From the human T2T-CHM13v2.0 reference genome, Homo sapiens, in the NCBI RefSeq assembly GCF_009914755.1, contig NC_060937.1: a stretch of DNA of 64,000 bases; one strand, given 5' to 3'. Shown piece by piece: positions 32,530 to 53,122 of the stretch; positions within the stretch are counted from its first letter, which is position 1; the number at the start of each line of letters is the position of its first letter. The notes below the pieces were generated by a model, which saw only the letters and a program-made list of their open reading frames with translations, had not been told where the DNA came from and did no database searches. Made by a program: the position numbers and the translations under genes.

Positions 32530-33797
32530 TTAGGTTGGTGTAAACATAATTGCGGTTTTTGCATTGCTGAAATTTGCTGTTTGATATTGGAATACATTCT
32601 TAAATAAATATGGTTATGTTATACATCATTTTAATGTACATTTCTCGCTTTGTTTTTTTGCTAATGACTTACTACTGGCTGTTTAATTTATATTTAGAGT
32701 ATGGAAATGATGTTAGACAAAAAGCAAATCTGAGCAATTTTCTTATTTGAGTTTAAAATGGGATGTAAAGCAGCAGAGACAACTTGCAACATCAGCAGCG
32801 CGTTTGGCCCAGGAACTGCTAATGAACGTACCGTGCAGTGATGGTTCAAGAAGTTTTGCAAAGGAGATGAGAACCTTGAGGATGAGGAGCTTAGTGGCCG
32901 GCCTTCAGAAGTTGATAACAACCAATTGAGAGCAGTCATCGAAGCTGATCCTTTTAAAGCTACATGAGAAGTTGCTGAAGAACTCAGCGTCAACCATTCT
33001 ACAGTCGTTTGGCATTTGAAGCAAATTGGAAGGATGAAAAAGCTCCATGAGTGGGTGCCTCATGAGCTGACTGAAAATAAAAAATATTATCATTTTGAAG
33101 TGTTGTCTTTTCCTGTTCTACAAGACAATGAACCATTTCTTGGATTGTGATGTGTGATGAAAAGTGGATTTTATATGACAACCAGCGATGATCAGCTCAA
33201 TGGCTGGACCAAGAAGAAGCTCCAAAGCACTTCCCAAAGCCAAACTTGCACCAAAAAAAGGTCATGGTCACTGTTTAGTGGTCTGTTGCTGGTCTGATCC
33301 ACTACAGGTTTCTGAATCCTGGTGAAACCATTACATCTGAGAAGTATGCTCAGCAAATCGATGGGATACACCAAAAACTGCAATGCTTGCAGCTGGCGTT
33401 GGTCAACGAGAAATGTCCAATTTTTCTCCATAACAACACCCAACTGCACGTCACATAACCAATGCTTAAAATTTGAATGAGTTGGGCTATGAAGTTTTGC
33501 CTCATCCGGCATATTCACCTGACCTCTCGCCAACCAACCACCACTTCAAGCATCTCAACAACTTTTTGCGGGGAAAACACTTCCACAACCAGCAGGATGC
33601 AAAAAATGCTCTCCAAGAGTTCGTCAAATCCCGAAGCATGGATTTTTATGCTACAGGAATAAACAAACTTATTTCTCATTGAGAAAAAGGAGCTGATGTA
33701 ATGGTCCCTATTTTGATTAATAAAGATGTGTTTGAGCCTAGTTTTAATGATTTAAAATTCACGGCCCAAAACCACAATTACTTTTGCACCACCCTAA
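32530..33797 (+). mobile_element. Full-length HSMAR1 mariner transposon (1268 bp) with pseudogenised transposase at 32701-33720
   Basis: Termini TA|TTAGGTTGGTGTAAACATAATTGCGGTTTT and AAAACCACAATTACTTTTGCACCACCCTAA|TA. The ORF starts MEMMLDKKQI*AIFLFEFKMG, contains WVPHEL, CDEKW and HPAYSPDL, and ends YFD*. Confidence 0.96.
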
Positions 33798-33991
33798 TAC
33801 AGCCCGTTGACTTGACTTGGCAATACCAAGCTTCTTAAATTTATATTTAGTGTTTTATTGATACCACAAGTTCAGATATTTTTTGTTGTTAATAGAATTC
33901 AAGGAAATAAGTAATCTTGAATGGTTTCTGCTAGGTCATAGAACAGTGATGATAAATTTCTCCAGATTATCAGAATTCAATTTTTCACTGA

Positions 33992-34219
<228 letters not shown>

Positions 34220-35404
34220 TGAAATTAAGGCCTTTTGGCTTATATTATACTTCATTTTTAGAACATGCAAGACTGTTTACATTCATGATTTTGAGTATTT
34301 ATGGATGACTCATGAGTGTGATAATCTGCAGTCTTGTGGAGTGCAGAATTCAACCATGTGAATTGTTCTATGAGTCCAGTGTTTTGGAGCAAAACATGTA
34401 GATAGATCATTAGCCTACCTGACTTCCTGGTTTCTGAAAATCAAATCAGATTTGTATTTTCTACTGAGGTGAGTATATAAGGAACTCTTCTAAAGTGATT
34501 TTTAAGAGATATATTAATGAAAATAGCACTGAAAATTTCAGAAAACCAGATTCTGGTCCTATTAATGAAAATCTAGGAAGATGATGATTTTATTCTGAAA
34601 AATGAAGTTTTCAATAAAGTAATGAGTGGAATGTGAAATTTAACACAGCAAAGTTATCAGCAAGCATTTCCAGGTAGTAGAAAAATTGCTCATCAAATGG
34701 GAGATAGAGAAAACCCTTTAGTGAGCATTCAAAACATAGTTAACATAAGATATTGAGAGATAAACAAGATTTAGACTGAGACTTAATAGAAATGTTACTC
34801 AGGTGAAAGCCTCTACCTACATTTTTAATGAGCTAGTGAGGTATGAAGGTTAGATAGTCTGTCCCATATTTCAAGTGTTCTTTGTATCCGTTAAAGTGTT
34901 TTAATGTAAAATGACTCACATTCATATTAGGAGCTATATATAGATTCAGGTCAAGTTGATGTCGTTGAGTTGTTGGGTGCATTTATAAAGCAGTTTTCAG
35001 TTCAGAATTTACAATACAGAGTTTTCATAAGACTCAACAGAGATAACTGATTTGAATATTGTTTTAAAACTTTAGTGTTATAGAGTTTTATCATTAGTAT
35101 TAAGGCAAATGAAGAATGGCTCTAAGTTGGGATCTTAAAACAAAAACTAATGATTTATTAGGTTGTTTTTCATAAACTTTTGAATTTTTAAAAATACAAA
35201 ATAAAATACAACTAGGATAGTAGTTTTATACTTTTGTGACTATTCTTTTAATATTTGTTGGTTTAATGAGGCTAAGAACCCCTTACGTCATTGCTTTTCA
35301 TTTTATCCCTAGCACAAAACATAGTAGGTACTAAGTATTTGTTGAATTAATGAAAAAAAAAAAAATCTTAGCCATAATATTGATGAGAAAGGATTACTTT
35401 GGAT

Positions 35405-35708
35405 TTTTTTTTTTTTTTTTTTTTTTTGAGACAGAGTTTTGCTCTTTTGCTCAGGCTGGAGTGTAGTGGCACAGTCTTGGCTTACTGCAACTCTGCCTTC
35501 CGGTTTCAAGCGATTCTCCTGCCGCAGCGTCCCAAGTAGTTGGGATTACAGGCATGTGCCACTACCCCCAGCTAATTTTTATATTTTTAGTAGAAACGGG
35601 GTTTCACCATGTTGGCCAGGCTTGAACTCGAACTCTTGACCTCGTGATCTGCCCGCCTCGGCCTCCCAAAGCGCTGGGATTACAGGCGTGAGCTACCGTA
35701 CCTGGCCG
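35405..35708 (-). mobile_element. Alu (AluSg-like)
   Basis: Antisense Alu; TSD tactttggat. Confidence 0.94.
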
Positions 35709-37684
35709 CTACTTTGGATATTTTTAATCATTTATACATGTATCCAGATAACCAGTTCATTCTATTTTGATCCTAACATTTAGTTTCTTGTCCTTCCTAA
35801 AATTTTAATTAAAAGTTGTAGTACGTTTTGAAGTGGACTTAGGACTTCCATGTTTTTATGTCTGCCTGGCAATTCAGTGATGGTGATAAGATAGGAAACA
35901 GTGGGCAGAAGGAGAAAACAGGGAAAAACTACAGAGAACCTTTAGAACAAACATTATATGCATGTATGGGTATTTATATATATATACACACACACAAATA
36001 CACATTTATATATAAGTTTGTCTATATGTATGTATGGTGAAGTATCCCAGAGAAGAAGAAAATGGGGCATTTAAATTTTCTAATCAGAGTTGATTAGTAT
36101 GTGCTGGACGTTTAGCAACAATAGAGAATATCCCAAATTCTGTAGAGAAGGGATCCCCTTCAAACTCAGAAATGTACTTAAACCTAGATATTGCAGTTTT
36201 CTGTGATGCATATAATATATTACATTTCTTTTTTTGTAAGGAATTAACAGCTTGGACACCACAATTTTGTTTTTTATGCTTAGACCAATTTTTAAAATTG
36301 GCATACATTGCTTTTAGCAATTATTTAGTTGCAGCCTTCATTTTACATGTGAGGAAACTAGAGCTCAGAGATATCAGTAAAGCTAAATGACCAGTAAGAT
36401 AATAATGCCAGGAATTGAACCTAGGCTTATTCAACTCCTATTTGAGTAGTCTTTGAGTTATGCTGGGGTTCAAATTCATAAATCACAAATGTTTTCAATC
36501 AGGGTATGCTACATGTTGTTATATTGCCTCTAAATACTTTAGAAACACACTCCTATATTTGCCATTCTTAATGTCTCCCTCTTGTTTTATTTTCTTATTT
36601 TCATATCAGTTCATTCTTCTTTGAGTGGTTACTGTCTGTCATTCTTCTTCAGATTGCTGTATTTTCCCCCTAAATCAGGTCTTAGATATTTTAAACTGTA
36701 TCGTCTTTTGACTGTTTGATATATGTGCCCAAGAGACTGAAGGAAGTGGTAACTACAGTTAATCCAGGATCCTCTCCATATGTTTGGGGCCAGGTCATTT
36801 TGCCCCTTTGGGGTTTCCCATCTGCTTCCCATCTGTTCAGCTATCCTAGGCACTATTCACAGGCAAGCACCTATTTTTATGACTGCATTAAAATTTTCTA
36901 TTGTATATGTTTATTATCCCACATTTATTTGTATGTAGACTAAGCCAGTTTTACTAGAGATTCTTAGAGTTAAACTTTGAAATGATTGCTTCTAAAATTA
37001 AAAAATAGGATACATGAGAAATTATTCTTGTCATCTCTTTAGATGTGGATGTTGAAAAGCGGTTTCCCTTGATTCTGAAAAATAAATGGAACATGAGGAA
37101 GAAGATATTTTAAGAACTATAATTTCATTTGGCCTATAATGAACATTTTGGGCTTATTTCTCTGATACCTTCCTATACTTCAACCCCAAGCCCCATCGAA
37201 AGAAATTGTCAGAATTATCTCATTCTTTTAAGAAGTTACAGATCTTCTGGTAAAAATTTCACTCAACACAAAAAGTATATAATTAATTATACTTCTCTTT
37301 TTTCCACTGAATTTAGTCAAGTATATCTACACTTTAAAAAATACTACTATGATATTTGGACTGAATTCAATCATTAAAGTCATTCAACAAATAATTGATA
37401 TAGGCTCTAGAAGAAAATCAAAGATGGGTATATTTTACCTGCTCTTAGTGAGCTGACATCATGAGAGAAATAATAATGTAAAGTACCCACTATACTACAG
37501 GACAGGATAAAGTAAGTGCCTGGTAAAGATGTAAGCAAAGTATCTTGACAGAAGAGAAACAAAACAAAACAACAACAACAACAAAACACCGGAAACCCAG
37601 TTCCATTTGAGGGAATAAAGAAAGGCTTTAAGGATGAGGTAGCATTTAGACTATTGGAATACCTCTCCGGGGACTCTCTCCATG

Positions 37685-37868
37685 GGAGCTGGGCTGCACT
37701 TGTGAGAGCCATGTGTGCACATCTTTATAAGCCATCCTCTTTGAAGTTGGTAGTTTGTAATCAGCCATGAAGAAAGTATTTACTGTAAGGAAATTGGTTG
37801 TACCCTGCGGCTTTTCTCCTTCCCCCACACCCCAGTTGTTTGTTAAGCATTTACCAGCAAACCACTGC
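37685..37868. mobile_element. MER63-like hAT MITE
   Basis: Contains tgaagttggtagtttgtaatcagccatg and ends cagttgtttgttaagcatttaccagcaaaccactg, like recalled MER63 termini. Confidence 0.6.
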
Positions 37869-39449
37869 CTAACTCTTTGGCCTGCATATTGAGCAGAGTC
37901 CCTGATGTAAAAAGGAAAAGAATTACTCATCTAGGGAGGAAGACCTAGAAGACTCACTAAGGACAGGTGGTGCTCAGTTTTAGAGCTGCTGTTGTAGGAG
38001 GCAGATGACTGTGCTTACTGAAAAATGGGAAGAACACTTAAAAATACTGAATTAGAGGAGAAAGACTTAATGAACTAAAAAACTGTGATTTTTCTAAATA
38101 AAACAATTCAGCAGTCAATGTGGAAGGTAGGATGGTCACTACTAAGATCCAAATTAGTGACTCAAAGGAATAAATGGAAGTATCTCAAAATATGCAGCAA
38201 AAAGGTAAAGAGAATGAAATCATGTGGAAAATGATGAGAGATATGGAGGGAAGATCCAAAAGATTTTACACATAAGTGCATACTAGGAGTTTCATGAAAA
38301 GAAAAATGGAAATGAAGGATAACTTTGAAAGAAATAATAGAGATTTTTTTCTCACTGTTCTTAAGAAAGCCTTAGGTATTCTTGGAAAGACTCACTGAGA
38401 TTCAGACTGGATTAATTTAAAAAGTAACTCCACTAGGCATATAAAAAACAAATACTTTTTAAAATCTTCTAAAAGAAAAGAAAGAAGATGCAAGGAATGT
38501 ACAGTGAGATTATGTTCATACTCTATAAACTGGAAGTTAGAAATCTTAGAATAGTGTCTGCTACATAGGAAAGAATTTGACTCAAGAGTACTATACCCAG
38601 CTAAGATATCGTCATCAATATAAACAAATTTGTTTTCAGTTAAATAAGGATTCAGAACTATTTTACCATATATACTCCTTTTGAGGAAATTGCTAAAGAA
38701 AGTACTTTAACCAGTTTTGAGGTAAGATGATAGCTTAAAAATATACATATTTTTCCCCCTACCCCCAAATCCACTAACTTGAGTTTTTTAAAGACACAAG
38801 CCCACTAGGAAGAAGAAAGGAAATAGCATTTGGTAAAATGAACAGCTGAAAGATGATTCTTAACTGACTTAGTAACCTAAGAAAGTTGAATCCTAAGCTG
38901 ACAATGAGAGAAACTGAGAAGTAGCTCATTACCACTGCAGAACCCTTCAGAAGTCTCAATAATTATTAGCTCCAGATACCCTGGGAAATTCCTAAAGGTA
39001 GCACTACTGACCTAAAATATCTGTAAAATTTTCTCCATATCACTTCCCTCACTCTTCAGAGTAAGGCGACTCTCTTTCCCTCATCCTGGTGTAAGCTTTC
39101 AGATTCTTCTCTGCAGAGGATAAAAACCAGGGGACACCAGGCACAGTTGGACAAAGGATCGAGGGAACATGGACATAATAAATGTGGTGACACTCTCTGC
39201 CCCAGCTTTGTTCCTCAGTTGGTTCCCAGGGGACTGGCAGGCAGACTGGTACTCACAGACATGAAAGTAGACGATCCTTGAAAAATCTAACCCCCTGGTG
39301 AGATGACCTAAAGATTCCCCAACAAAACAGTCCAGCCAGATTACCCTACAGACAAAGCTGCCAGTGGTCAACAAAGCCATAGCCCACGAAGAGAGAACGG
39401 GCCTGGATTAGAATCAGGACCTCTATCTGCATTATTTAATACAACACTG

Positions 39450-39760
39450 TGGCCGGGCACGGTGGCTCATGCCTGTAATCCCAGCACTCTGGGAGGCCGA
39501 GTGGGGCGGATCGCCTGAAGTCAGGAGTTTGAGACCAGCCTGACTAATGTGGAGAAACCCCGTCTCTACTAAAAATACAAAATTAGCCGGGCATGGTGGC
39601 ATGTGCATGTAATCCCAGCTATTCAGGAGGCTGAGGCAGGAGAATCACTTGAACCCAGGAGGTAAAGGTTGTGGTGAGCCGAGATGGTGCCACTGCCCTC
39701 CAGCCTGGGCAGCAAGAGCAAAACTCTGTCTCAAGAAACAAAAACAAACAAACACACACC
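39450..39760 (+). mobile_element. Alu (AluSp/Sq-like)
   Basis: Sense Alu with an (AAAC)n tail. Confidence 0.94.
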
Positions 39761-41497
39761 CAAAAAACAGAAAACGCTACATGTAATGGGAACCAGCGCG
39801 TAGCTGTTAAAAATAAATGGTAGACCTAAAACCACTCGGGAAATACACAGGTCAGGCTTCTTGAAAACTGCATCATGCCAATGAGGGTGGCCAGTAGCAT
39901 GAGGGTCATAGTGGCATGTCACAAAGCTTGTAGGTGCTGTTACATGGTTTTGAACTCCAGTAATTAGTGGCTTAATGAACAAGGAGAGGAGATAATAAAC
40001 ATTGTTTAGGGGTTGGGACTTTTGCATGAAATTATCCCCCCAAAAGTTTAAGAAGGTAAGAGTTCGTTGTGAGGAGGAAGGTTTTTCTTCTTTCAGTCAC
40101 AAATACTTATAGAGCCTGTTGGGTAAAAGATTGTGCTCTAGGCTCTGGGAATACAGAGGTAAAACTGTCAAAAAGCCTAAGGCTTTTAGAACCAAGAGTT
40201 GCAGCTTTTTCCAGCCATGTCTTCACTGAAGAGCCCACTGTGCCCAGCCTCGTTGACTTCGCAGTAGAGGCTCTAAGTTTGAATGTTGTGAACGTTCCAA
40301 GGCTGGGTTTAAGAAAGCCTTAGAACTCCATCTAGACCTGTAACAAGTACAAGTGACTTGCTCCTCTGAAGAGTGCTTGAGGCTGCATGTGTCCTGCATG
40401 TGAGGCTGGAGCTCTCAGTCCTTCTGCCTCCTCACCACCTGTATTCCACATGCACCCAGCAGCACCTCTCAGTCTTCTCTGTCGGGGTTGGGGGAGAGGG
40501 TAAACCAAGTGTCAGATTACAGCACTCTTGGTTTACGTTCACACTCGCTAAAAGGGGTAGGAAGAATTGGAGAGCTTTTAAAATACTTACTGCGCCCCCA
40601 AGTTTTAGGTGTGTAGGATTCATCAGTAAACAGAAAAAGGAGCTGCCCTCATGGGACTTACATTCCAGCAGGTTAGCAGGCAGCATGCATTCCCAGCTCC
40701 CCTCATGGCAGCCAGGCAGGGTTTACACATTAGAAGCTGCTCAGAAAAGGGAATGAGGTACATTCACCTTAGCTTACTAGCCCAGAATGCAGTGTCAGTG
40801 TGTCTGACTCAACACCAAGCTGGTCTACCACCCCCAGAGGGCAAACAGTGGAGACCGTTCAAAGGGAGCTCAAGGTCAGAGCCAGGGAAGACATGCCTTA
40901 CTTAGTATCAGGCCGCAGGGGAACTTGCAGAAGTCAAGTCCACTCTGGCCTGTGATCAGGAGTAGCATTATGCTAAAATCGTTGTAAGAATAGGTCAGTT
41001 ATGATCAGACTTCTTATACAGAGCCTGTTGGAACTGAGTACCCCCCTTTTGAAGTGGAATATCAGTAAAATGCTTGAAGTTGATGTGCATCATATCAGTT
41101 TGCCTGGGAGATGTGATGAATGATGGTCCATTTTATTTGGGAGACCTCTCTCAATATTGCCTGAGTCCATGCACTAATAGTTGGTTAGACCAGATGAAAT
41201 ACTGATTGAGCATCTTGCAGTGAATGGGTTCCCCTAATGCATTGCCTCCTCCCTTGCTGATGGTATATACGGTGCATATGTGTCTAAAGAACTGACTTGT
41301 AAAGGACTTTGATTGTGAACCACCATGAGAAATACATTTTACATCCTGACATAGTATGCACATATAAACACACACAACATTTTCATGTAAAATACTGTGT
41401 TTAAAGTGCTATGATAATTTGTCTTCCTGCACATGACACATTAAACTGGCTTCATGAACTACTAAACAGTTTCTTTACACAGTTTGATAAATATCAG

Positions 41498-41685
41498 TCC
41501 AGAACAGTTGTATTCAAAGTGAGATCTGCTGACTGGCAGCATCGGCATCACCCTGGAGCTTGTTAGAAATGCAGATTATTACCCCTTGCCCTCATACCTT
41601 CTACCAGTCAGTCTGCTGGTGAAGTGCACACAGCATCTTTAATCCAGGTGATTCTGATGTTTGGTGAAGTTTGAGAAGCACTGGT
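41498..41685. mobile_element. MER5A-like hAT MITE
   Basis: Contains cagcatcggcatcaccctggagcttgttagaaatgcaga and caggtgattctgatg...aagtttgagaagcactg. Confidence 0.75.
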
Positions 41686-42477
41686 TCTTTTTACACTCCA
41701 GAGAGCTTTTGTGATTATATATATTGATATTTACCACATTATAAATTAAAACTGAGGAACTTGAAAATATTTATTCATTCATTCTGAAAGTAATGGTAAT
41801 AAATCCATTACGTGTTGACATGCATGAGAGCAGTGATGTCATCACACAATATGTGTCCCTTGGATCTGGGAACCTCTGCAGTATACTCTTGAGAAAATGA
41901 GAGTTAAAAAAGCAAATATATTTTAGTAGTACTATGAAAATCATTTGACCTTGCAAGGACTCCTGGGGACTCCCAGTTGTTGGCAGGTCATGCTATGAGA
42001 ACTGTTCTTCTCAACTGTATGTTTTGACAAGACTGAGAGCAAATTTTTGTAATACTTCTTATATAGAGTAATTATGTAATCATATGGGATGTTTTCATCA
42101 CTGCTTAGGTGTCAGGGGAAAATGAGGAACTTTCCAATGCCCATAAGAGTATGGTTTATTAGGCTGTTGTGAGGATCTAGTATGGAATTCCCAGAACCAG
42201 TTGGTAGATCCCATATTTGTATTATGTTTTATGTAATGTCTAGGTTTGTCTCAAAAGAGGGTGGATTACCTGTGCTCTCCCTGCCCTTCAGGGAGCAGAT
42301 AGATTACTTCCCTGTGGAAAATTGTGCTGTAGATATTGGAAGTATTTGTATCTTAATTTTGAATATTTTTAGTCTTATTTGTATTTTGAGTGATTTTTTA
42401 GACATAATGTTTAAATTACTTCATTTCTTCCAAATAAGTTTAGGCAACTAGTTTTTTTCTTTTTTTGAATTGTACAT

Positions 42478-42787
42478 TTGTTTCTTGGTATCTGTGGGTG
42501 ATTGGTTCTAGGACCCTTTCAGGTACAAAAATCCACAGAAGCTCAATTCCCCAGTGTCGTATTTACATATAACTTAGACATATCCTCCCTGCACTTTAAA
42601 TCATCTCTAGGTTACTTATAATGCGTAGTACAATGTAAATGCTGTGTAAATCATTGTTATACTGCATTGCTTTGAGGAAAATGACAAGAAAAAAAAGCCT
42701 GTACATGTTCAGTACAGACAACAATACATTTTTTTTCTCAAATATTTTCAACCTGCAGTTGTTTGAATCCATGGAGGGTCGACTGTA
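42478..42787. mobile_element. MER2-like Tigger-derived element
   Basis: Contains ggtatctgtgggtgattggttctaggaccc, actttaaatcatctctag and gaatccatggagggtcgactgta. Confidence 0.75.
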
Positions 42788-43369
42788 AAAGTAGCACCTT
42801 ATGGCTGACGAGCCAGCATTCAAGTTGCTCATACTGTCCCATTTAATACTCTACTATCTGTATGTAGTACTCTGGTAAATAAATAGTTTTAGATTTGTGG
42901 TGAAGTTACAGAGCTGTCAAGGGATGTGTTAACCTATAGACCCTGGAGTATTTGAATCCTACCTTGACTCACAACCTTCTTGAAGAATTACGCAAATTCT
43001 TCAATCAGTCACTCACCCCAGGCCTTTGCGGCCAGCCGACTATCCCAGGTCCAGCTGTGTAATGGTAGGAAGATACTGTGAGTGAGAGGAGGAGAGAGAT
43101 TGGTTGGTTGATTGGGATTCATGCAGAGAAGCAGAAGAATCACGGCGTGATATTCTTTGGATCTTCGCACCAGAAAGCATGGCCTCATCTGTGTCCTTGA
43201 CCAGCCGCTCTCCTTTTCTCCAGGGACAGGGGCTTCTTGCACGCTATCCTCACTTCCCTCAGCAGGGAAGCTGGGCTGGGAAAGGACAGAGAGAAGCAGA
43301 TGTGAGGAGCTTATGCTTTTCCTGGAGATCTCTGTGTGGATGGTTTTTTCTTTTTAATTGTCTTTGTTC

Positions 43370-44860
<1,491 letters not shown>

Positions 44861-45426
44861 TTGTTGTTTGGTTGTTTCCCCCCCACATAGTTGTGCGGTC
44901 TAGTATGGGAGGCACTAGCCATGTATGGCAATTAAGATTAAAGTGAATGGAAGAATCCTTTTCAAAGTTACCGGAAACGTGGCTACATTTCAACTGTTCC
45001 ATAGCCACGCGTGGTTAGCAGCTCCTGCACTGGGCAACTCTAAGAGGCTTTCCACCACAGCAGGTGTGTTTCCATCAAGTTCTGTTGGACAGCATTTGTC
45101 TGGAGGGATATGTGTGTAGGAGAGAATGTTGCTTTTGTTTTAAAACCTGAATTTCATATTTTTTATTCTTTTGATAAATGCAGTATTCAGATCCTAATTC
45201 CTTTACCTTCAGATGTTATTTGGACCTTGATTATTTCAGAAGTTCTGAGTGTAGCTAAATATGACTGGTTTGATTTTTAAGAAATGTATGCAAGTTATTT
45301 TCAGAGAGTGCTGCCTTACTGTGTGGAAGAATCTGAAAAGGGCTTAAAAAGATGGAGAATAAAAATTACCTGTAATCCCATAATTATTCAATAATTACTT
45401 TTAATGTTTTGGTAGAACCCTTCAAA

Positions 45427-45427
<1 letters not shown>

Positions 45428-45470
<43 letters not shown>

Positions 45471-45515
45471 GTATTTATGTGTGTGTATATATATATGTAT
45501 TTTTATATACATACA
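45428..45515. repeat. (TA)n-rich microsatellite
   Basis: Directly visible. Confidence 0.95.
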
Positions 45516-45702
45516 TGTAGCATTTATACTTTGCATAATTAGAGTCATAAACCTGGGAATATGGTTTGAATTACTTGTGCAAGATAAACAGCAGTATATT
45601 GAACACCCATGCACACATTATCTAGCTTCAATGACTGTAAAAAATCTATCTTCCTTGTTTCATTTTTACCTCTACCCACTCCACACTTTCCCCATTTGTT
45701 AA

Positions 45703-46837
<1,135 letters not shown>

Positions 46838-47198
46838 CTATACCACTACACACCCACTAGAATAATATGCATCAAGTAATGAGTGGGTAAATAAAAAGTG
46901 GCATATCCATACTATGAGCTTATTCAGCAGTAACAAAGAATAAACAGCTACATTCACTAATGTGTGTAAATCTCAGAAATAACATGTGAAGAGACAGAAA
47001 CCAGATAAAGAAGACTATGTAATGTATGACTTCATTTATTTGAAATTTCTAGGGAAGGCAAAAAGTATAAAGAACAAAAGAAAGATCAGTGGTTGTCTGG
47101 GTCTGGGTATGGGAGCAAGATTGACTGCACATGAGTTTTATTGTTCTAAAACTGGATTGGGGTGATGGGTGTACAACTGTATGAATGTATTACAATCT

Positions 47199-47231
47199 CA
47201 CTTGATCTTAGCCAAAAGGCCGAGAAGTGAT
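47199..47231 (-). pseudogene. 3'-truncated (tailless) U2 snRNA retrocopy, 33 nt
   Basis: The reverse complement ATCACTTCTCGGCCTTTTGGCTAAGATCAAGTG matches the U2 5' end ATCGCTTCTCGGCCTTTTGGCTAAGATCAAGTG with 1 mismatch. TSD at(g/a)aatgtattacaatctca at 47181-47200 and 47232-47251. Confidence 0.93.
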
Positions 47232-47286
47232 ATAAATGTATTACAATCTCATCAGACTATACAATTAAGATGTATAGATGTTATTG

Positions 47287-47608
<322 letters not shown>

Positions 47609-48198
47609 TTATATCTTAATGCAACTTAAAAAACTGTAAATGTGGTACCAACAAAGGGCTTGAAAGAGGTGGGAAGTATTATGAGAAGTGTTAAGATGAT
47701 GGAAGATACATGTAAAAATAAATTGTATTCGAAACTTGAGTAGAAGCAGATATTAAGGAGTCAGGTTACTGACTTGGAAGACCTGGTGGATGGTGGTAAT
47801 AACAAAAGTGCAAGAGCAGCTTTGAAAAGAAAATATGAGAAGTTCCATTTAGGCAGTTGAGTTTGAGATCCTTGACAGGCATAATTGTAGCTCCTAAAGA
47901 CTTAGCAATATGATATATTCCTATCCCTTTGACTGTTTCTTCTTTAATAATAATATATATGCCCCTTTGAGCCCATTAGGAAATACTTGGGGCATGCTTT
48001 TGTACTCATTAGTTCCATGATTTTTTTGTAATAATCAAATGCACACAGTTTTAGACTTCAACGGTGTTCCTTAATGTGTGCTCCATAGAGCGCTAGTTTG
48101 GGGGAGTATTAAAATGCATTACTTAAGAAAATGTTTCTGTGTTTAAATAAACGTGGAAAATCCCTTGTTAAGTTAGAAACCTCTTAGAGACTGTCATA

Positions 48199-50858
<2,660 letters not shown>

Positions 50859-52077
50859 TATACTAAAATGCATTCTGAAACTCTTAAGAGCAGGATATAG
50901 TTGGACTCTTACCTACACTCTTTTTTTCTTGTGAAAACCTTTTTCCTAAAAGCTCTTTGAAAAATTAATATTCCAATGAATGCTTTTGGGAAACACAGAG
51001 TATGTTATATTGTGATTTGTAGTGTTTTAGATAGTTTAAACACAACATTCCTTAGAGATTGTTGAAATATTTAGGGCAATTGCTTTATAAAGTGGAGGTT
51101 AAGAAGCAATCTTTATAGTCTTTGCTAATTTCTAGCTAAAATTGTAAATGTGATAATTGCTACATTAAAAAATTTAAGTATCTTATTTTTTAACTCATTA
51201 TCTTTTAGAAGTTAGAAACAAAATATGTATTTATGAAATATGTAGACTGCAAGTTCACTTATCCAGATAATTGCACATTTATTTTCTATACAACAAGCAA
51301 TTGTTCATTTTTGGTGAGTTTATTTTCTGTTGAAAAAAAGGTACTATCACTTATTTAGTATTATCAGTTTATTGTAAAATTGCTACACCCTATAACAGTG
51401 TAGAGCTGTAACATTTAGTAAATATAGTGTTCTTCTTCAGGAAGCATAATCTTGTGTAGCTAAGTGAAGCTATGTTTCTGGCTTGCTTACTGAGGAGGTC
51501 CTTGACACCTACATCATGAAAGCTGATGTACGGTGTTTGAACCTTCACATTTTGGCTTTAGAGTCATGTTTTCACAATCGGCTTGGGAATGGATTCTAAG
51601 AGTCACCCTCCAGGTGTGGCTCTGTATTGCTTTGTCATGGGTGTGTCCGTGAAATGTTTTTCCTTCCAAACCAGTAGCCCACAGCCCTTCCTTTGTGTTG
51701 CTTGTTTTGGCTGCTGATCTTATTTTCCCAATTTCTCTATGGGCTTCACTCTTTCATCATTTATGACTTGGAAAAACACATTAATAATACATACCCCTAG
51801 TATTTGGATAGTAAAACAATAGTGGTTCATTTTAGAAAAAAAGAAAAGTTAATGTCAGAAACAATAGCCATTTTTTGGGGGATGACTATAAAATGAATTT
51901 GATGAGCTCAATCTTTTTCTGACTTACCATGAAGGCTTCTTTTTAATAATTATTCTTAAACACTTATATTGACAGAAATGAATCATTAAAAGCTAGTTAT
52001 ATTAAACAACCACTTTTTTTAAAAGCTAAAATGATTTTGTTGACATTGTAGTTTGATATAATAATTTGTTTCACTAA

Positions 52078-53122
<1,045 letters not shown>

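Noticed and set aside
32701-33720. Possible active or domesticated mariner transposase
   Set aside because: Stop at codon 11, further stops and frameshifts, and two catalytic Asp residues changed.
40069-40905. Cluster of 84-127 aa ORFs in a GC-elevated unique segment
   Set aside because: No recognisable domains and overlapping frames on both strands; consistent with chance ORFs.
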